Position numbers and translations under genes: made by a program. Below the pieces are notes generated by a model. That model saw only the letters and a list, made by a program, of their open reading frames with translations, ran no database searches and was not told the DNA's origin. Shown piece after piece: positions 32,215 to 43,140 of a stretch of 64,000 nucleotides of DNA (the stretch's first letter is position 1; every line of letters begins with the position of its first letter). The stretch is from Nitrosopumilaceae archaeon (lineage in GTDB: Archaea; Thermoproteota; Nitrososphaeria; Nitrososphaerales; Nitrosopumilaceae). The stretch covers positions 992,001 through 1,056,000 of the forward strand of contig OZ242365.1 of the NCBI GenBank assembly GCA_965208905.1. The letters are read 5' to 3'.

Positions 32215-33686
32215 GGGAATTATATACAAAAGTACACAGCCTCGGCTGTACACTCATGCCTTTTCTGACGGCTCTTCTGTATTGAATGGAGCATAGAAGG
32301 TGTTGGTTTGTAGCCCTCCTTATGCCCCGGCTGTCTTAGGACGACGTTCCCCGCCGCCCTATACAGGATATTCCAGGCGGCATTGACATCCGCGTGAAAC
32401 ACTCTGGTACAATTAGTGCAAATGAATTTGTCGCGTGTGACACGCGACTTAGCATCCACCGTACCACACACATGGCACGTCTGGCTCGTGTATTTGGCAG
32501 ATGCCCCCAACAGCGGTATGTTGTGTATCTCACACCACTGCGCAAGCTTGCGCAGGAACTCCCCGACACGGTTCTCCCGCATTGAACGGTTCATGGAGCG
32601 TTTGTAATTCCCACCATGCGTGGTCATGTCCTTTACGGAGAGCGACTCGACCACGACTGCGTCCACACCATTAGTTATCTGCGCAATCGTCTGATTTATG
32701 GTGTTCGCAGCTATGTTGTTGGCCTTCCTGTATAGCCGCTTTATTTGGTCATTCAATATATGCCACTTCCGGCCATGCCGTGTCTTGTGGTCACGCAAAC
32801 TCTTTAGCGCGTCAATCTCCCGCAGGATTGCTCTATGGCGGGTGTTGTGTATTGTAACGTTGCCATTTGTGTCGACAGTGACGGCGAGATGCTTGCCGCC
32901 CACATCAACACCCCGCATTACACCAGTATTGCGGTGCGACTCTACCGGTTCATGTATGGCAATATACAGCTCAAACATGTGGTCTGACGGCTTTGTATGC
33001 TTGTCCACCCGTTTGGTGACATCAACTATCTTGAATGAGCGCATGCCCCATGATGTATTGATGGGCTTGGCGGTCTCTACAATACCATATCCGGGGATAT
33101 GTATGGTGTGCCCACCTTTTCGTACAGGCGGTGTAACGGAACAAAGTATGATGCGGCCGTCTTTGCGGCGGTACGGCGCGTGGTCTGAGCTGTCATCTAT
33201 AACCCTTCTACATGCGACGGAGGCATCCTGTATGGCGCCCCTACCAAACGATGTGGGGCACTCGCGCAGCCATGTATGTTTGGCGCGCCACCCCGTAAGC
33301 TGTTTGTGCATGCCGTACTTTAATGCCCTCTTTGACGACCCAAAATCATATGTATGGTAGTCATAGTTCAGCGTACCGGACGTAACACCCTTCAACGTGT
33401 TCGGTAGTTTGAAGGGCTGTAGTATGTCCACTACCACCCTCTCCATGTATTCGCCGCCAAACAAATACTCTGATACGGCGCGGTTGTACACATATCTTGA
33501 CGCATGATTCGTGCGGTGCGCCCACTCTGCAAACAACACATCCATTCGTAGCGGTACCTTGACTATCCGTATCATAATGTATAATACGGTATGTTGGTAT
33601 TTAAGAGGAGTTGCTGTATGGACGCGTTCCGTGGTTCAGGTATTAACTCTCAGAATCGAGGTTGTGTACTTTTGTATATGATTCCC
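32215..33686 (-). mobile_element. IS1595-like TIR element carrying only tnpB (element E4)
   Basis: 30-bp TIR GGGAAT(T/C)ATATACAAAAGTACACA(G/A)CCTCG, 28/30 identical (32215-32244 / 33657-33686); no TSD retained. Confidence 0.9.
32220..33575 (-). CDS. tnpB: TnpB/Cas12f-like RNA-guided nuclease
   Basis: SRYVYNRA, RuvC-I GVDVG, RuvC-II VVESL, TSQTCHVC..CTNC and RuvC-III HADVNAA. Confidence 0.92.
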   Translation of the reverse strand: MIRIVKVPLRMDVLFAEWAHRTNHASRYVYNRAVSEYLFGGEYMERVVVDILQPFKLPNTLKGVTSGTLNYDYHTYDFGSSKRALKYGMHKQLTGWRAKHTWLRECPTSFGRGAIQDASVACRRVIDDSSDHAPYRRKDGRIILCSVTPPVRKGGHTIHIPGYGIVETAKPINTSWGMRSFKIVDVTKRVDKHTKPSDHMFELYIAIHEPVESHRNTGVMRGVDVGGKHLAVTVDTNGNVTIHNTRHRAILREIDALKSLRDHKTRHGRKWHILNDQIKRLYRKANNIAANTINQTIAQITNGVDAVVVESLSVKDMTTHGGNYKRSMNRSMRENRVGEFLRKLAQWCEIHNIPLLGASAKYTSQTCHVCGTVDAKSRVTRDKFICTNCTRVFHADVNAAWNILYRAAGNVVLRQPGHKEGYKPTPSMLHSIQKSRQKRHECTAEAVYFCI

Positions 33687-33782
33687 TTAATTTACGGTAA
33701 GCGCCGATAATTACACAGCTCAATAACCATACAAGCCTATTTTGATTGACCCGGATGTAAAGTTCGGAGGTCGGGGTGGCAG

Positions 33783-35204
33783 TTATCCTACGGTCCACTT
33801 GCTGGCTCCCTCATCACCGATGTGTACGCCGAGTATCCCATCTGGGCCTACGGCTATCACCGCGTATACTGTATCATCAACCCGCAGGATGTCTATGCCA
33901 AGCGCCATGTACCCTACGAGGCGCCCGACAACCTCAAGGTCCGACTCCCCCTCGTACAACCCTATATGGCCCTGTGTGTATCCCACATGGTATATGACAT
34001 CATCTATCTCTACCACCTCATGTATCACGTTGACACGCTTCACATTGTCCAGGTCTTCCCACGTTCTGGCGGGGTTCCTATCTAGGTGAATCAAATACGT
34101 CTGTATGCCATCAAAGGATGCGTCCACTAGGATGTATGTGCTGTCATCCTTGTGCGCCACCCCGTGTATGTGTTTGACACCCAGCAGATTAAAGTTGTCG
34201 GAGAGTGCTCCGGACCTTCGTATGTCATAAGGATCAGATACATCATACTGCTGTATGAGCCCCTTTGATACAGTTATCACGAGTGGCTTGCCGTCAACAT
34301 CAATTAGAACGGAATCTAGCACAGAGTTGTAGTGCGCAGTACCCGCCAGGGTGATGTTGGATGGGTCTGACAGGTCTGGCACACGAAATCCATTTGGGTA
34401 CATCTGAACGACATAAGGCTGTCCGTTCAGGGACCAGATGTCCACAGATGGCTCATCATACGAGTCCATCAGTTCCGGCTGATCCGAATCAGACATATCC
34501 AGAACATGTAGCCCGTCATCACCGGTGGATGCCACCACATATTCAGTACCGTTGATGCCCACCACCACTATATCATGAACGTGGTATCCCTGCAGGTGGA
34601 ACGACACCTCAAGTCTATTGCCACCGATATTATCAAAATTGGTTATACCCAAACGGGGGACAGTATATCCCAAGCTGTCAAAGGTCCTGTCGGGTGTCGG
34701 ATTTGCCGTGCCGTACATGAGATGACCCTCGTGGGAGCTGTGCCCCATTCCGAGCACATGGCCAAGTTCATGCGCCATCACGTACCTGATTATATCCGGG
34801 TTCGTGAGGCTGGCGCCATACACATCCGGCTCTGGTGAATCAAAGTCTATCCCGATTCGATGCCCCAGGGAACTGTCATGGTATTCCACCCCCCAAGCGT
34901 ACTCTGAATCAATCCACTCTATTAAAACATCGTGTCGGTCATCATGGCTTGGCGTGGCTATGATTCCGGGATTCACCTCAGTCCACGCGCTTATCCCGTC
35001 ACGGATGGCCTCCTTTATACTCTCCCAGTAGTCTTCGGCATAATCTGGGTACCTGTCCTGTAGCTCAGTGAATATGTCCGGGTGTATCCTGTATGTGATG
35101 ACCTGCGCATCAGCTGACTGTATGCCGTATGGGGCTGCCACCATGACTGCCACTACTGTTGCCATGCTTACCAAAGTTAGACTCTTGTCTGTCATATCCA
35201 CCAC
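33783..35204 (-). CDS. Secreted matrixin-type zinc metalloprotease with C-terminal LVIVD-like repeats
   Basis: Signal peptide; HELGHVLGMGHS..LMY metzincin motif; repeated GLHVLDMSD..P / YDVSDP units. Confidence 0.8.
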   Translation of the reverse strand: MVDMTDKSLTLVSMATVVAVMVAAPYGIQSADAQVITYRIHPDIFTELQDRYPDYAEDYWESIKEAIRDGISAWTEVNPGIIATPSHDDRHDVLIEWIDSEYAWGVEYHDSSLGHRIGIDFDSPEPDVYGASLTNPDIIRYVMAHELGHVLGMGHSSHEGHLMYGTANPTPDRTFDSLGYTVPRLGITNFDNIGGNRLEVSFHLQGYHVHDIVVVGINGTEYVVASTGDDGLHVLDMSDSDQPELMDSYDEPSVDIWSLNGQPYVVQMYPNGFRVPDLSDPSNITLAGTAHYNSVLDSVLIDVDGKPLVITVSKGLIQQYDVSDPYDIRRSGALSDNFNLLGVKHIHGVAHKDDSTYILVDASFDGIQTYLIHLDRNPARTWEDLDNVKRVNVIHEVVEIDDVIYHVGYTQGHIGLYEGESDLEVVGRLVGYMALGIDILRVDDTVYAVIAVGPDGILGVHIGDEGASKWTVG

Positions 35205-35756
35205 GCATCTATCTTGGACCCTACTTGCAGCAAGTGGTATGTGCTAATATGTTGGGGGGTTTGATGTGTTGCTGTCATGAGAATATTATATCCGGCACTT
35301 GGCTGAAAAGACTTGACACATTCGTCCATGTTTGGAATATATAGTCTCTATCCATATATTATTGTCTTCGTGATTGGTATGGATGGATGTCCTACTAACA
35401 AATAGTACTGCGGCAGCTAGATATACAATGGGGTGAGCCACTCTACAAGCGACTTGGTGAGCCTATATCATTACTGCTCAGGATGGCAGACAGTGGTTCT
35501 ACTCGGTTCGCTGGACACCTCACCGTTCACATATACAAGATGAGTGAGGTGTATCCATCTAGGGAGTTCCAGATGTTAAACTACAGGGCCAAGATAGGTG
35601 GCCTGCGAAGCGTCAAGCATGGACTAAAGTCGAAGGTGTGGTGTCTGTGAAGGCGCGCATCATTCGACTTTGGGATGATGCATAAGATGTCGTATCAATC
35701 GTGTTTGTGACAGAACCTAACAGGCTATATTAGCTCTAATCTGAGGTTTACACATA

Positions 35757-36416
35757 ATGAAGCTATACATCATGTTAGCCGTGGCCATCGCCGTTGCCAG
35801 TGCGCTCATAGTGTATACTGTATCCACACAGAATGATGTTTCTCCGGACATTCACACAATCTCACTTGTATCTACAATTGTGGATAACGCCTCTCCTGCG
35901 ATAGGTGGCCCTGACGCTCCCATAACACTCGTGGAGTTTGGAGACTATCAGTGCCACTTCTGTCACCAATTCTTTGTAAACACCAAAGACCGCATAATCA
36001 CAGACTATGTTGACACTGGTAAAGTGCGTATGATCTTTAAAGATTTTACCATAATTGGACCTGACTCCATACGTGCCGCTGAAGGTTCATGGTGCGCTCA
36101 GGAACAGAATCTATATTGGGAGTATCATGACATATTGTATCATAACTGGGATGGCGAGAACACTGGCTGGGCATCTGAAGCAAACCTCCACAGACTTGCC
36201 GCCGAGGTGGGCCTTGATGTGAATACATGGTCTGAGTGTCTGAACTCTGGTAGGTACTCTGATGTAATCTCATCTAGTAGTGATGATGCGCGTGAACTGG
36301 GTATTACAGGAACACCATCCTTCTTTGCAATACTGCAGAACCAGACGATTGTAAATATACACGGTGCGCAACCATACGAGCAGTTCGCCCAAGTATTCGA
36401 CTCCATGCTGCAGTAG
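35757..36416 (+). CDS. DsbA-family thioredoxin-fold protein
   Basis: EFGDYQCHFC, GITGTPSF and GAQPY. Confidence 0.9.
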   Translation: MKLYIMLAVAIAVASALIVYTVSTQNDVSPDIHTISLVSTIVDNASPAIGGPDAPITLVEFGDYQCHFCHQFFVNTKDRIITDYVDTGKVRMIFKDFTIIGPDSIRAAEGSWCAQEQNLYWEYHDILYHNWDGENTGWASEANLHRLAAEVGLDVNTWSECLNSGRYSDVISSSSDDARELGITGTPSFFAILQNQTIVNIHGAQPYEQFAQVFDSMLQ

Positions 36417-36505
36417 ACTCAGAGACTGTATGTCACATTATGTATGATATCTGATGTAAGCCACACTGCCATCACACATACTCTCTGTCATACTATGAAT
36501 GCGTT

Positions 36506-37980
36506 AGAGTTTATGCGTAATTGCACAACTTGGCAGCATTGGGTGGTCCCGGCCCGTTCTGGCCGGCACCGCCCACCCCGGTACAGCCCATCGGCTCACC
36601 GCCGACGGAATTCTGGCGTTCCGGTTTGTGCGCCCCCGACAAATGCCATTCGGCATCTGCACTACGACTCTCTAACAGCCGCATGATGTTAAGAAGTGTA
36701 ATTCTCCGACCATGCGTGAGTGTGCGGTCGGCGGCCGCCTCTTTCAGCAGCCGTGTTATGTGGTATAGTGTGGTGTTTGATGATATAGTGGTATTACACA
36801 TCAGAGCCAAAATGGTACGAAATAGTATGTTGGCACCCGCGTTGGCATCCCGTTCCCTAATTGTACGACATGTATAGCACCACATGTCGCGGGTCGGTAT
36901 TTTACCGGTATTGGTCCCAATATGTTTTAGATCTCCGCCACATTTGAGACATTTCGCGGACGTATTTCGTGGTTCGATGCTTATATGCGGCAGACCCTCG
37001 GACTCGGCTGCGTTTTTGAGTGCATTCTGTCTCTGGCCCGTATTCAGTGTGGATTTTGTTTTGCCACGGATAAATGGTGATATTGTATAGTTTTTGGTGT
37101 ACAGTCGGTGTATGCTCAATGTTTCATGCCCTATGCCGTATCCGGCATTGGCCATCTTCCGGGCTTCCACACATACATCATTATGGATGCGGTTTTTGTA
37201 CACACTCCATGCCCTGTTTGTGTATTTTGTCATAATGCGGTTATCGTTACGCCGCTTCACCTTTAGCATCTTGCTGTGTGCCTTGTTGTATTCACGTGCA
37301 TTGCGGTTGGGCCGCATAACTACAGTGCCATCAGCGAATGCATAGGTGTTGTTTTTGGCATTCATATCCACACCGGCCCAGGATATGGGCTCGCTATACG
37401 GAACGTCTTCCTTGTATGTAATGTATATCTCATTATATCTTAGTAGTACAGTCTTTGGTATTCTACCAGGCTTGGTAAGCTCATCCACTACATATGGTGG
37501 TACAGGGAAGGCCAGCCATGGCTTATCTGGACGGCCCCTACCGTATATTGGTACATGTATTGATGGTGTGCCATTCCATCGTTTTGATGTATCATCAAAT
37601 GCCAGCTCGAACCTGTCAGTCTGCGCCACAGGGTTGTGGTAGTGTGGGGCACGTACATGCACATTAACCAACTGATTCGTACGCCATGCCTTGTAGTTTC
37701 CATGCACGCTTTGTATTATATAGTCGGCGAAGCGTGAGTGGTATACGCCAGTACGGTGCACCGCCATACGATATAGTTTCTTGCCGCGCACACCCTTGCG
37801 TAATACCTTCGCAGCATGGTTGGACGCAGCCCCCACATAATGTAACAAACCACCCAAAAGATGTCCACTGTCATGTGTTACATGGATGGTGCGCATTATT
37901 GTGCCCATACACATGATGTATAGCTTATGGTATTTATATATACGGTACTGTACATCATGATTCGATTACGCATAAACTCT
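36506..37980 (-). mobile_element. TIR element carrying only tnpB (element E5), 3-bp TSD
   Basis: Perfect 16-bp TIR AGAGTTTATGCGTAAT (36506-36521 / 37965-37980); TSD GTT (36503-36505 / 37981-37983). Confidence 0.9.
36511..37914 (-). CDS. tnpB: TnpB-like RNA-guided nuclease
   Basis: GVDMN, IGHETL, NTSAKCLKC..CYTC and RERDANAG. Confidence 0.87.
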   Translation of the reverse strand: MCMGTIMRTIHVTHDSGHLLGGLLHYVGAASNHAAKVLRKGVRGKKLYRMAVHRTGVYHSRFADYIIQSVHGNYKAWRTNQLVNVHVRAPHYHNPVAQTDRFELAFDDTSKRWNGTPSIHVPIYGRGRPDKPWLAFPVPPYVVDELTKPGRIPKTVLLRYNEIYITYKEDVPYSEPISWAGVDMNAKNNTYAFADGTVVMRPNRNAREYNKAHSKMLKVKRRNDNRIMTKYTNRAWSVYKNRIHNDVCVEARKMANAGYGIGHETLSIHRLYTKNYTISPFIRGKTKSTLNTGQRQNALKNAAESEGLPHISIEPRNTSAKCLKCGGDLKHIGTNTGKIPTRDMWCYTCRTIRERDANAGANILFRTILALMCNTTISSNTTLYHITRLLKEAAADRTLTHGRRITLLNIMRLLESRSADAEWHLSGAHKPERQNSVGGEPMGCTGVGGAGQNGPGPPNAAKLCNYA

Positions 37981-38265
37981 GTTGTATATGACATTCTGGT
38001 ATGTGCTCCTCGCAGTCTGCATGTTGCATGCGGCAAGTCTAGTGGCTGCTTGACGGCTCAGCTATACGCGAACCATTGGGAGTCGTGTATCCTACCTGTA
38101 TGTCGCACCCACATGTGAGCCGTCCTACTGGTATATCGTATAGTATGACATCCATCTCTTTAAAATGACTGTTCGTACAGTGGGCTGCACGCGTGTTTAT
38201 TCAGGTATGTAATTCCCCATTATACCCATAAAAACCATATATGTAGGCATTATAATGTCATGTAG

Positions 38266-39648
38266 ATGGCTGCTGGAATTGATGACATATCGGTCTACAT
38301 ACCAAAACTATACGTGGATACTGAAGACTTTGCTCAAGCTCGAGATGTCAATATAGACAAGATGCGCAAGGGCTTGGGCATATACCAGATGGCCATAGCT
38401 GACAACAACCAAGATCCTGCATGCCTGGCGGCTAATGCGACTTACAAAATTATGAAACGCAATGACATACATCCAAAAGATGTGGGCCGGCTCTACATAT
38501 CTACTGAATCCTCATTTGATGAATCCAAAGCCATGAACGCGTATGTGGTGGGAATGCTTGAGCAAGTGTATGGGCCTGGTACATTTGGGCACTGCGGAGG
38601 TGTCGAGACAAAGTTTGCATGTGTGAGCGGCTCTTATGCACTATATGACAATCTGAACTGGATAAGGGCCGGGGAGGCCGACTCCCAGTATGCACTAGTT
38701 GTAGTCTCTGATATTGCAAAGTATGATTTAGGTTCTAGTGGTGAGATGACACAGGGCGCCGGAGCCGTTGCGATGCTCTTGAGTGATGACCCGCATCTAC
38801 TCACCTTTGATCCCAAGGTGACTGCCACATCCATAAGTGATGAATATGACTTTTACCGTCCTTTCGGCAAGGATACCCCCATAGTCCACGGCCAATACTC
38901 CAATCTACTATACCTGCTGCAAGTCCGAAAAGCCTTGGATCTCTACAAGAAGAAGGTACTATCAACCAAACTCATAACGCCGGGCCCTGATGAATCCATA
39001 CTGGATTATATCGACTATTTGAACATGCATCTTCCGTACAGCGCCATGGGACGTAAGGCTTTGGCGTATCTGCTGCGACATGAATGGAGGCATCTCCCTC
39101 GCTGGAAGTCATTGATAGAGAAGATTGGCATGGCCGAACCTGTGGCACAGCATCCTGGTACCATCGAGACCATACTTGCCAATCCTGAGTTTATAAAAGA
39201 TGATAGCAAGTTTAACAGACTACTCATGGAGACTGATGAATTCATTGACATATATGAAAAGAAGCTGTCTAGCTCACTCATTGCATCAAAGATGATTGGC
39301 AACCTCTATACCGCCTCATTATATCTGGGACTTAGAAGTAGTCTGGAATATGAGCATCGCAAAGGTGTAGACCTGGCAGGCAAAAGAGTTGGCTTTGGCT
39401 CATACGGTAGCGGAAGTAGCGCCATGGTGTTTAGTGGCGTAATCACCGAAGAGTATGCTGATGTTGTCTCAAAGATGAATTTAGACTCTGAGATGAAGAA
39501 CCGGCGCCGTTTGACGTTGGACGAATATGAACTACTACACCGTGGGCAGATGCCTCTCACTGAATCCATACTGTCCGGCGATGGTGAATTCATACTTACC
39601 GATGTGAATAAATCAAACAGTGAGCGACAGTATGTCTTCAAATCATGA
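38266..39648 (+). CDS. Hydroxymethylglutaryl-CoA synthase
   Basis: TESSFDESK, KFACVSG, GEMTQGAGA, HLPY, GNLYTASL and SYGSG. Confidence 0.92.
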   Translation: MAAGIDDISVYIPKLYVDTEDFAQARDVNIDKMRKGLGIYQMAIADNNQDPACLAANATYKIMKRNDIHPKDVGRLYISTESSFDESKAMNAYVVGMLEQVYGPGTFGHCGGVETKFACVSGSYALYDNLNWIRAGEADSQYALVVVSDIAKYDLGSSGEMTQGAGAVAMLLSDDPHLLTFDPKVTATSISDEYDFYRPFGKDTPIVHGQYSNLLYLLQVRKALDLYKKKVLSTKLITPGPDESILDYIDYLNMHLPYSAMGRKALAYLLRHEWRHLPRWKSLIEKIGMAEPVAQHPGTIETILANPEFIKDDSKFNRLLMETDEFIDIYEKKLSSSLIASKMIGNLYTASLYLGLRSSLEYEHRKGVDLAGKRVGFGSYGSGSSAMVFSGVITEEYADVVSKMNLDSEMKNRRRLTLDEYELLHRGQMPLTESILSGDGEFILTDVNKSNSERQYVFKS

Positions 39649-40160
39649 GCGACAACCCTCTCAAAGATATACTCTTTGAGCGTTTGAATACCCACAATGC
39701 AGAACGACTAATATCTACACATAACTATGCAGAATTAATAAAATATGTCATACCATATATGATGGACAAAACCCATAATGTCGTACCATACGAAGAGTCG
39801 GCAGTTGCAATATCCACAGGCATACTGCACTATATACTGACCGTCTCTGCCACGCCCAGCCAAAGACAGGTTACCTACAAAGATGTAGATGTTGATATAG
39901 TGCTGCCCGACATCCGACAACTAAACAGAGACCCTTCCTTGGCTGTTATAATACAGATATGCCCCAACTGTGATGTGGCAAGACATAGACTACACAATAC
40001 GACCACCATACAACCCATACAGAAGAACATCTGGCTGTTGACCCCCTACGACTGTTACTATCACATATTTGATGGCTCGCCATCCTTCTCTGACCTATTA
40101 TACGATATGATAAAATTCTCGCGCACCCATAATCAAAACAAACTAGGGCTATTAGGATAA
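39645..40160 (+). CDS. Hypothetical protein
   Basis: 171-aa ORF translationally coupled between HMG-CoA synthase and bioA. Confidence 0.65.
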   Translation: MSDNPLKDILFERLNTHNAERLISTHNYAELIKYVIPYMMDKTHNVVPYEESAVAISTGILHYILTVSATPSQRQVTYKDVDVDIVLPDIRQLNRDPSLAVIIQICPNCDVARHRLHNTTTIQPIQKNIWLLTPYDCYYHIFDGSPSFSDLLYDMIKFSRTHNQNKLGLLG

Positions 40161-41410
40161 TGTCTTTTGTGTGGCACCCCAATACACAGATGTCTGAGTG
40201 GAAGGAGTTTGATCATATCGTCAGCGGCGATGGCATGTGGCTACAAGACTCTACAGGACATCGTATGCTAGATGCCGTATCTTCAATGTGGTGCAACGTT
40301 TGGGGACACTCTGAGACCGAACTGATAGATGCACTGTACAATCAGGCCTGTATGATACCCCACGCATCACTCTTCAACATTACACATACCCCTGCAGAGT
40401 CTTTGGCCGGGCACCTGATACAGATATGTCCTAACATGAGACATGTCTTTTATACAGATGATGGCTCGACTGCCATGGAGGCCGCATTCAAGATGGCTGT
40501 ACAATACTGGCAGAATCAGAAATCCCCCAAAAACATGCTGGCAAGTCTTTCGAATGGATATCATGGTGACACAATAGGCGCAATGTCGGTGGGATACTCG
40601 GATACTTTCTTTGGAGCATATCGCCATATGACTCCTAGATGTATACGCATTCCTACACCAAATCATGGCGTGACCAATTGGAGCGATACGTTGGATCATT
40701 TATCTGAGACTTTGGAGTCGAACAAAAACATTGCTGCTGTAGTCATGGAGAGTGGTGCGCAGACTGCCGGTGGCGTAGTGATATATCCTGAGGCATTTCA
40801 GACTGCCGTATCTCAGATATGTCACAAAAACGATACACTACTTGTGGTGGATGAAGTGGCCACCGGTCTGGGTCGTCTATCTCACATGGCCGAGTACGCT
40901 GCGCAACAATCCAATCCGGATATCGCCGTATACAGCAAGATGCTCACTGCCGGCTATATGCCTCTGGCCGCCACACTTGCAACTGACAAAATATATGATG
41001 CCTTCTTGGGGGACTACTCTGACCATTTACATCTCTTTCATGGTCATACATTCTCTGGTAACCCCTTGGGTGCTGCTGTGGCCAACCGAAATTTAGAGTT
41101 GTATGCAGAACGCCAACTGATACAACACGTGCAACAGTTATCTCGCATATTTGCTGATGGGCTAGATGTAATGTCTGATACCAAAGGAGTACTTGATGTG
41201 CGGTACAAAGGATTACTGGCAGGCATAGACATTGATATAAACTGCGATGTCTCCTCTGCCAATTATACGATATATCAGATTGGTCGTAAAAATGGTGTAT
41301 ACCTGCGAACATTGGGGAACACAATACTTGTGGTGCCACCCTTGGCCATTTCACCCGAGGAACTATCACAGATTCTCACTGGCGTCTCGGACACCATCCT
41401 CGCCCTCTGA
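40160..41410 (+). CDS. bioA: DAPA aminotransferase
   Basis: WHPNTQM, SSMWCNVWGH, YHGDT, DEVATGLGR and HGHTFSGNP. Confidence 0.93.
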   Translation: MSFVWHPNTQMSEWKEFDHIVSGDGMWLQDSTGHRMLDAVSSMWCNVWGHSETELIDALYNQACMIPHASLFNITHTPAESLAGHLIQICPNMRHVFYTDDGSTAMEAAFKMAVQYWQNQKSPKNMLASLSNGYHGDTIGAMSVGYSDTFFGAYRHMTPRCIRIPTPNHGVTNWSDTLDHLSETLESNKNIAAVVMESGAQTAGGVVIYPEAFQTAVSQICHKNDTLLVVDEVATGLGRLSHMAEYAAQQSNPDIAVYSKMLTAGYMPLAATLATDKIYDAFLGDYSDHLHLFHGHTFSGNPLGAAVANRNLELYAERQLIQHVQQLSRIFADGLDVMSDTKGVLDVRYKGLLAGIDIDINCDVSSANYTIYQIGRKNGVYLRTLGNTILVVPPLAISPEELSQILTGVSDTILAL

Positions 41411-41593
41411 GAGGGCACGCCTTCTTCTATACCAGATGGCTATGCCGCCAGCGATCATCGCACTAAACAATATGATCCCTGCCATCTGTAGCTCAAAGTT
41501 GTATAGCATGTTACATTCTATATTCATTCAAAATATAAAAGACATATTCTACAATTTGAAAAAGTAATAAGTAACAAAGTTATTTCATACATA

Positions 41594-42517
41594 ATGATAA
41601 CAGTTCTAGCTGGCGGTACTGGTTCAGTAAAGATCGTACGAGGATTAGCATCTGTAGAGTCTGATGTAAACGTCATTACCAACGTGGGAGATAACTACTG
41701 GCTATATGGACTGTATGTCTGTCCAGATATTGACACCATAATATATGGCCTATCTGATCGATTGGATTTGGACAAGGGCTGGGGCGTAAAGAAGGACACC
41801 TTCAACTTCCTGCATCAGATGGAGGTCTTTGGGGAAGAGACTTGGTTCCGCATAGGTGATAGGGACGCGGCCACTCATCTAATACGTACCAACAAACTAA
41901 AGAATGGTGAGAATCTCAGTAACATAACAAAATGGATGTGTGAGAGGTTTGCAGTGGGTCCAAACATAATACCTGTATCCGACAACAGCATAGAGACGCG
42001 AATTACGACTAGTAAGGGAGATTTGCACCTTCAAGAGTATTGGGTAAAGTATAGAGGACGTGAAGAGGTTACAGGCATACAGTACGTGGGAGCCGAAAAA
42101 GCCCGCGCCAACCCTGAAGCCATACAATCCATACAAAACTCTGATGTTATTATAATATCACCGGGAAATCCTCTCACATCCATAGGACCTATGCTGCAAA
42201 TCAAGGGAATTAAAAAAGAACTCTCACGTAAAAAAGATCGTGTAATAGCCATCAGCCCCCTTATTGGTGATGAGTCTATAACTGGCCCGGCCGCCAAGTA
42301 CATGCGAGCCGCTGGTATAGAGTCCAACGCATACGGTCTGGCAAAGATGTACTCGGATGTATGCTCGACCATAATAATTGATAGTAAGGATCGAAATCTC
42401 ACCAAAAAGATACAATCTTTGGACTATAAAGTACTAGATACTAAGATCACTATGAAGACAAAAAATGCCGAGGAGAAATTGGCATCATTTGTACTAAAGA
42501 ATGCCAGATCAATTTGA
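41594..42517 (+). CDS. cofD: 2-phospho-L-lactate transferase
   Basis: LAGGTGSVK, CPDIDT, WFRIGDRD and PGNPLTSIGP. Confidence 0.93.
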   Translation: MITVLAGGTGSVKIVRGLASVESDVNVITNVGDNYWLYGLYVCPDIDTIIYGLSDRLDLDKGWGVKKDTFNFLHQMEVFGEETWFRIGDRDAATHLIRTNKLKNGENLSNITKWMCERFAVGPNIIPVSDNSIETRITTSKGDLHLQEYWVKYRGREEVTGIQYVGAEKARANPEAIQSIQNSDVIIISPGNPLTSIGPMLQIKGIKKELSRKKDRVIAISPLIGDESITGPAAKYMRAAGIESNAYGLAKMYSDVCSTIIIDSKDRNLTKKIQSLDYKVLDTKITMKTKNAEEKLASFVLKNARSI

Positions 42518-43140
42518 GACTATCTGTAATTATTCCTGTCAAGCAGTACAATACGGCAAAGACAAGACTGGATGTATCTGATGAGCAACGCGCAGAGTTG
42601 TGCCATCTGATGCTACATGAGACATTACTGACGCTGAACAGATCAGCTGATATACACGAGATAGTGGTGGTGACCGGTGAGGCCAGAGCTAAAAGACTAT
42701 CTGAAGCCATGGGTGCCACCACACTATACGATGATGATTCAGGAGTAAATCAGGCCGTACACACCGCCGATACATACCTAAGTAAGAGGCAGGCGACAAT
42801 GTCACTGGTCATTCCTCTAGACATGCCTCTGATGGAACCATCTGACATATCATTTCTCTTAAAATTTTTTACGCCCCCTGCATGCATTCTGGTTGTACCA
42901 TCCATACGGTATGATGGCACAAATGCATTACTGCGATGCCCCCCTGATGTAATGGGCACTAGTTATGATGACAACAGCTATAGAAATCACATGGCCATGG
43001 CGCGCCGTGCAGTTACAAACAATGGCCTTGTACATGTACCTAGAATGATGCATGATGTGGATACTCTCATGGACTTGAAGTATGTACTACAGCGGGCCAG
43101 ACCTGATCTCAAACAACGCATCAACGATATCTTGAGATGA
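42514..43140 (+). CDS. cofC: 2-phospho-L-lactate guanylyltransferase
   Basis: IPVK..AKTRL, DGTNAL and DVDT..DL. Confidence 0.92.
   Translation: MRLSVIIPVKQYNTAKTRLDVSDEQRAELCHLMLHETLLTLNRSADIHEIVVVTGEARAKRLSEAMGATTLYDDDSGVNQAVHTADTYLSKRQATMSLVIPLDMPLMEPSDISFLLKFFTPPACILVVPSIRYDGTNALLRCPPDVMGTSYDDNSYRNHMAMARRAVTNNGLVHVPRMMHDVDTLMDLKYVLQRARPDLKQRINDILR

Larger units (their letters stand above)
36430..38217 (-). pseudogene. tnpB: Decayed E1-type tnpB element interrupted by E5
   Basis: IS1595-like end GGGAATTACATAC at 38217. Minus-strand RHTGRIHDSQWFAYS*AVKQPL and QTARSTYQNVIYN|AF resemble E1 RHISKIRNSQRFVYNWAVERLL and QTVERIYQNTAINQA. Confidence 0.6.

Noticed and set aside
35400-35717. IS6-like end GGTTCTGTCACAAA at 35704-35717 (minus strand)
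   Set aside because: No partner TIR or convincing transposase remnant found; not listed as a feature.
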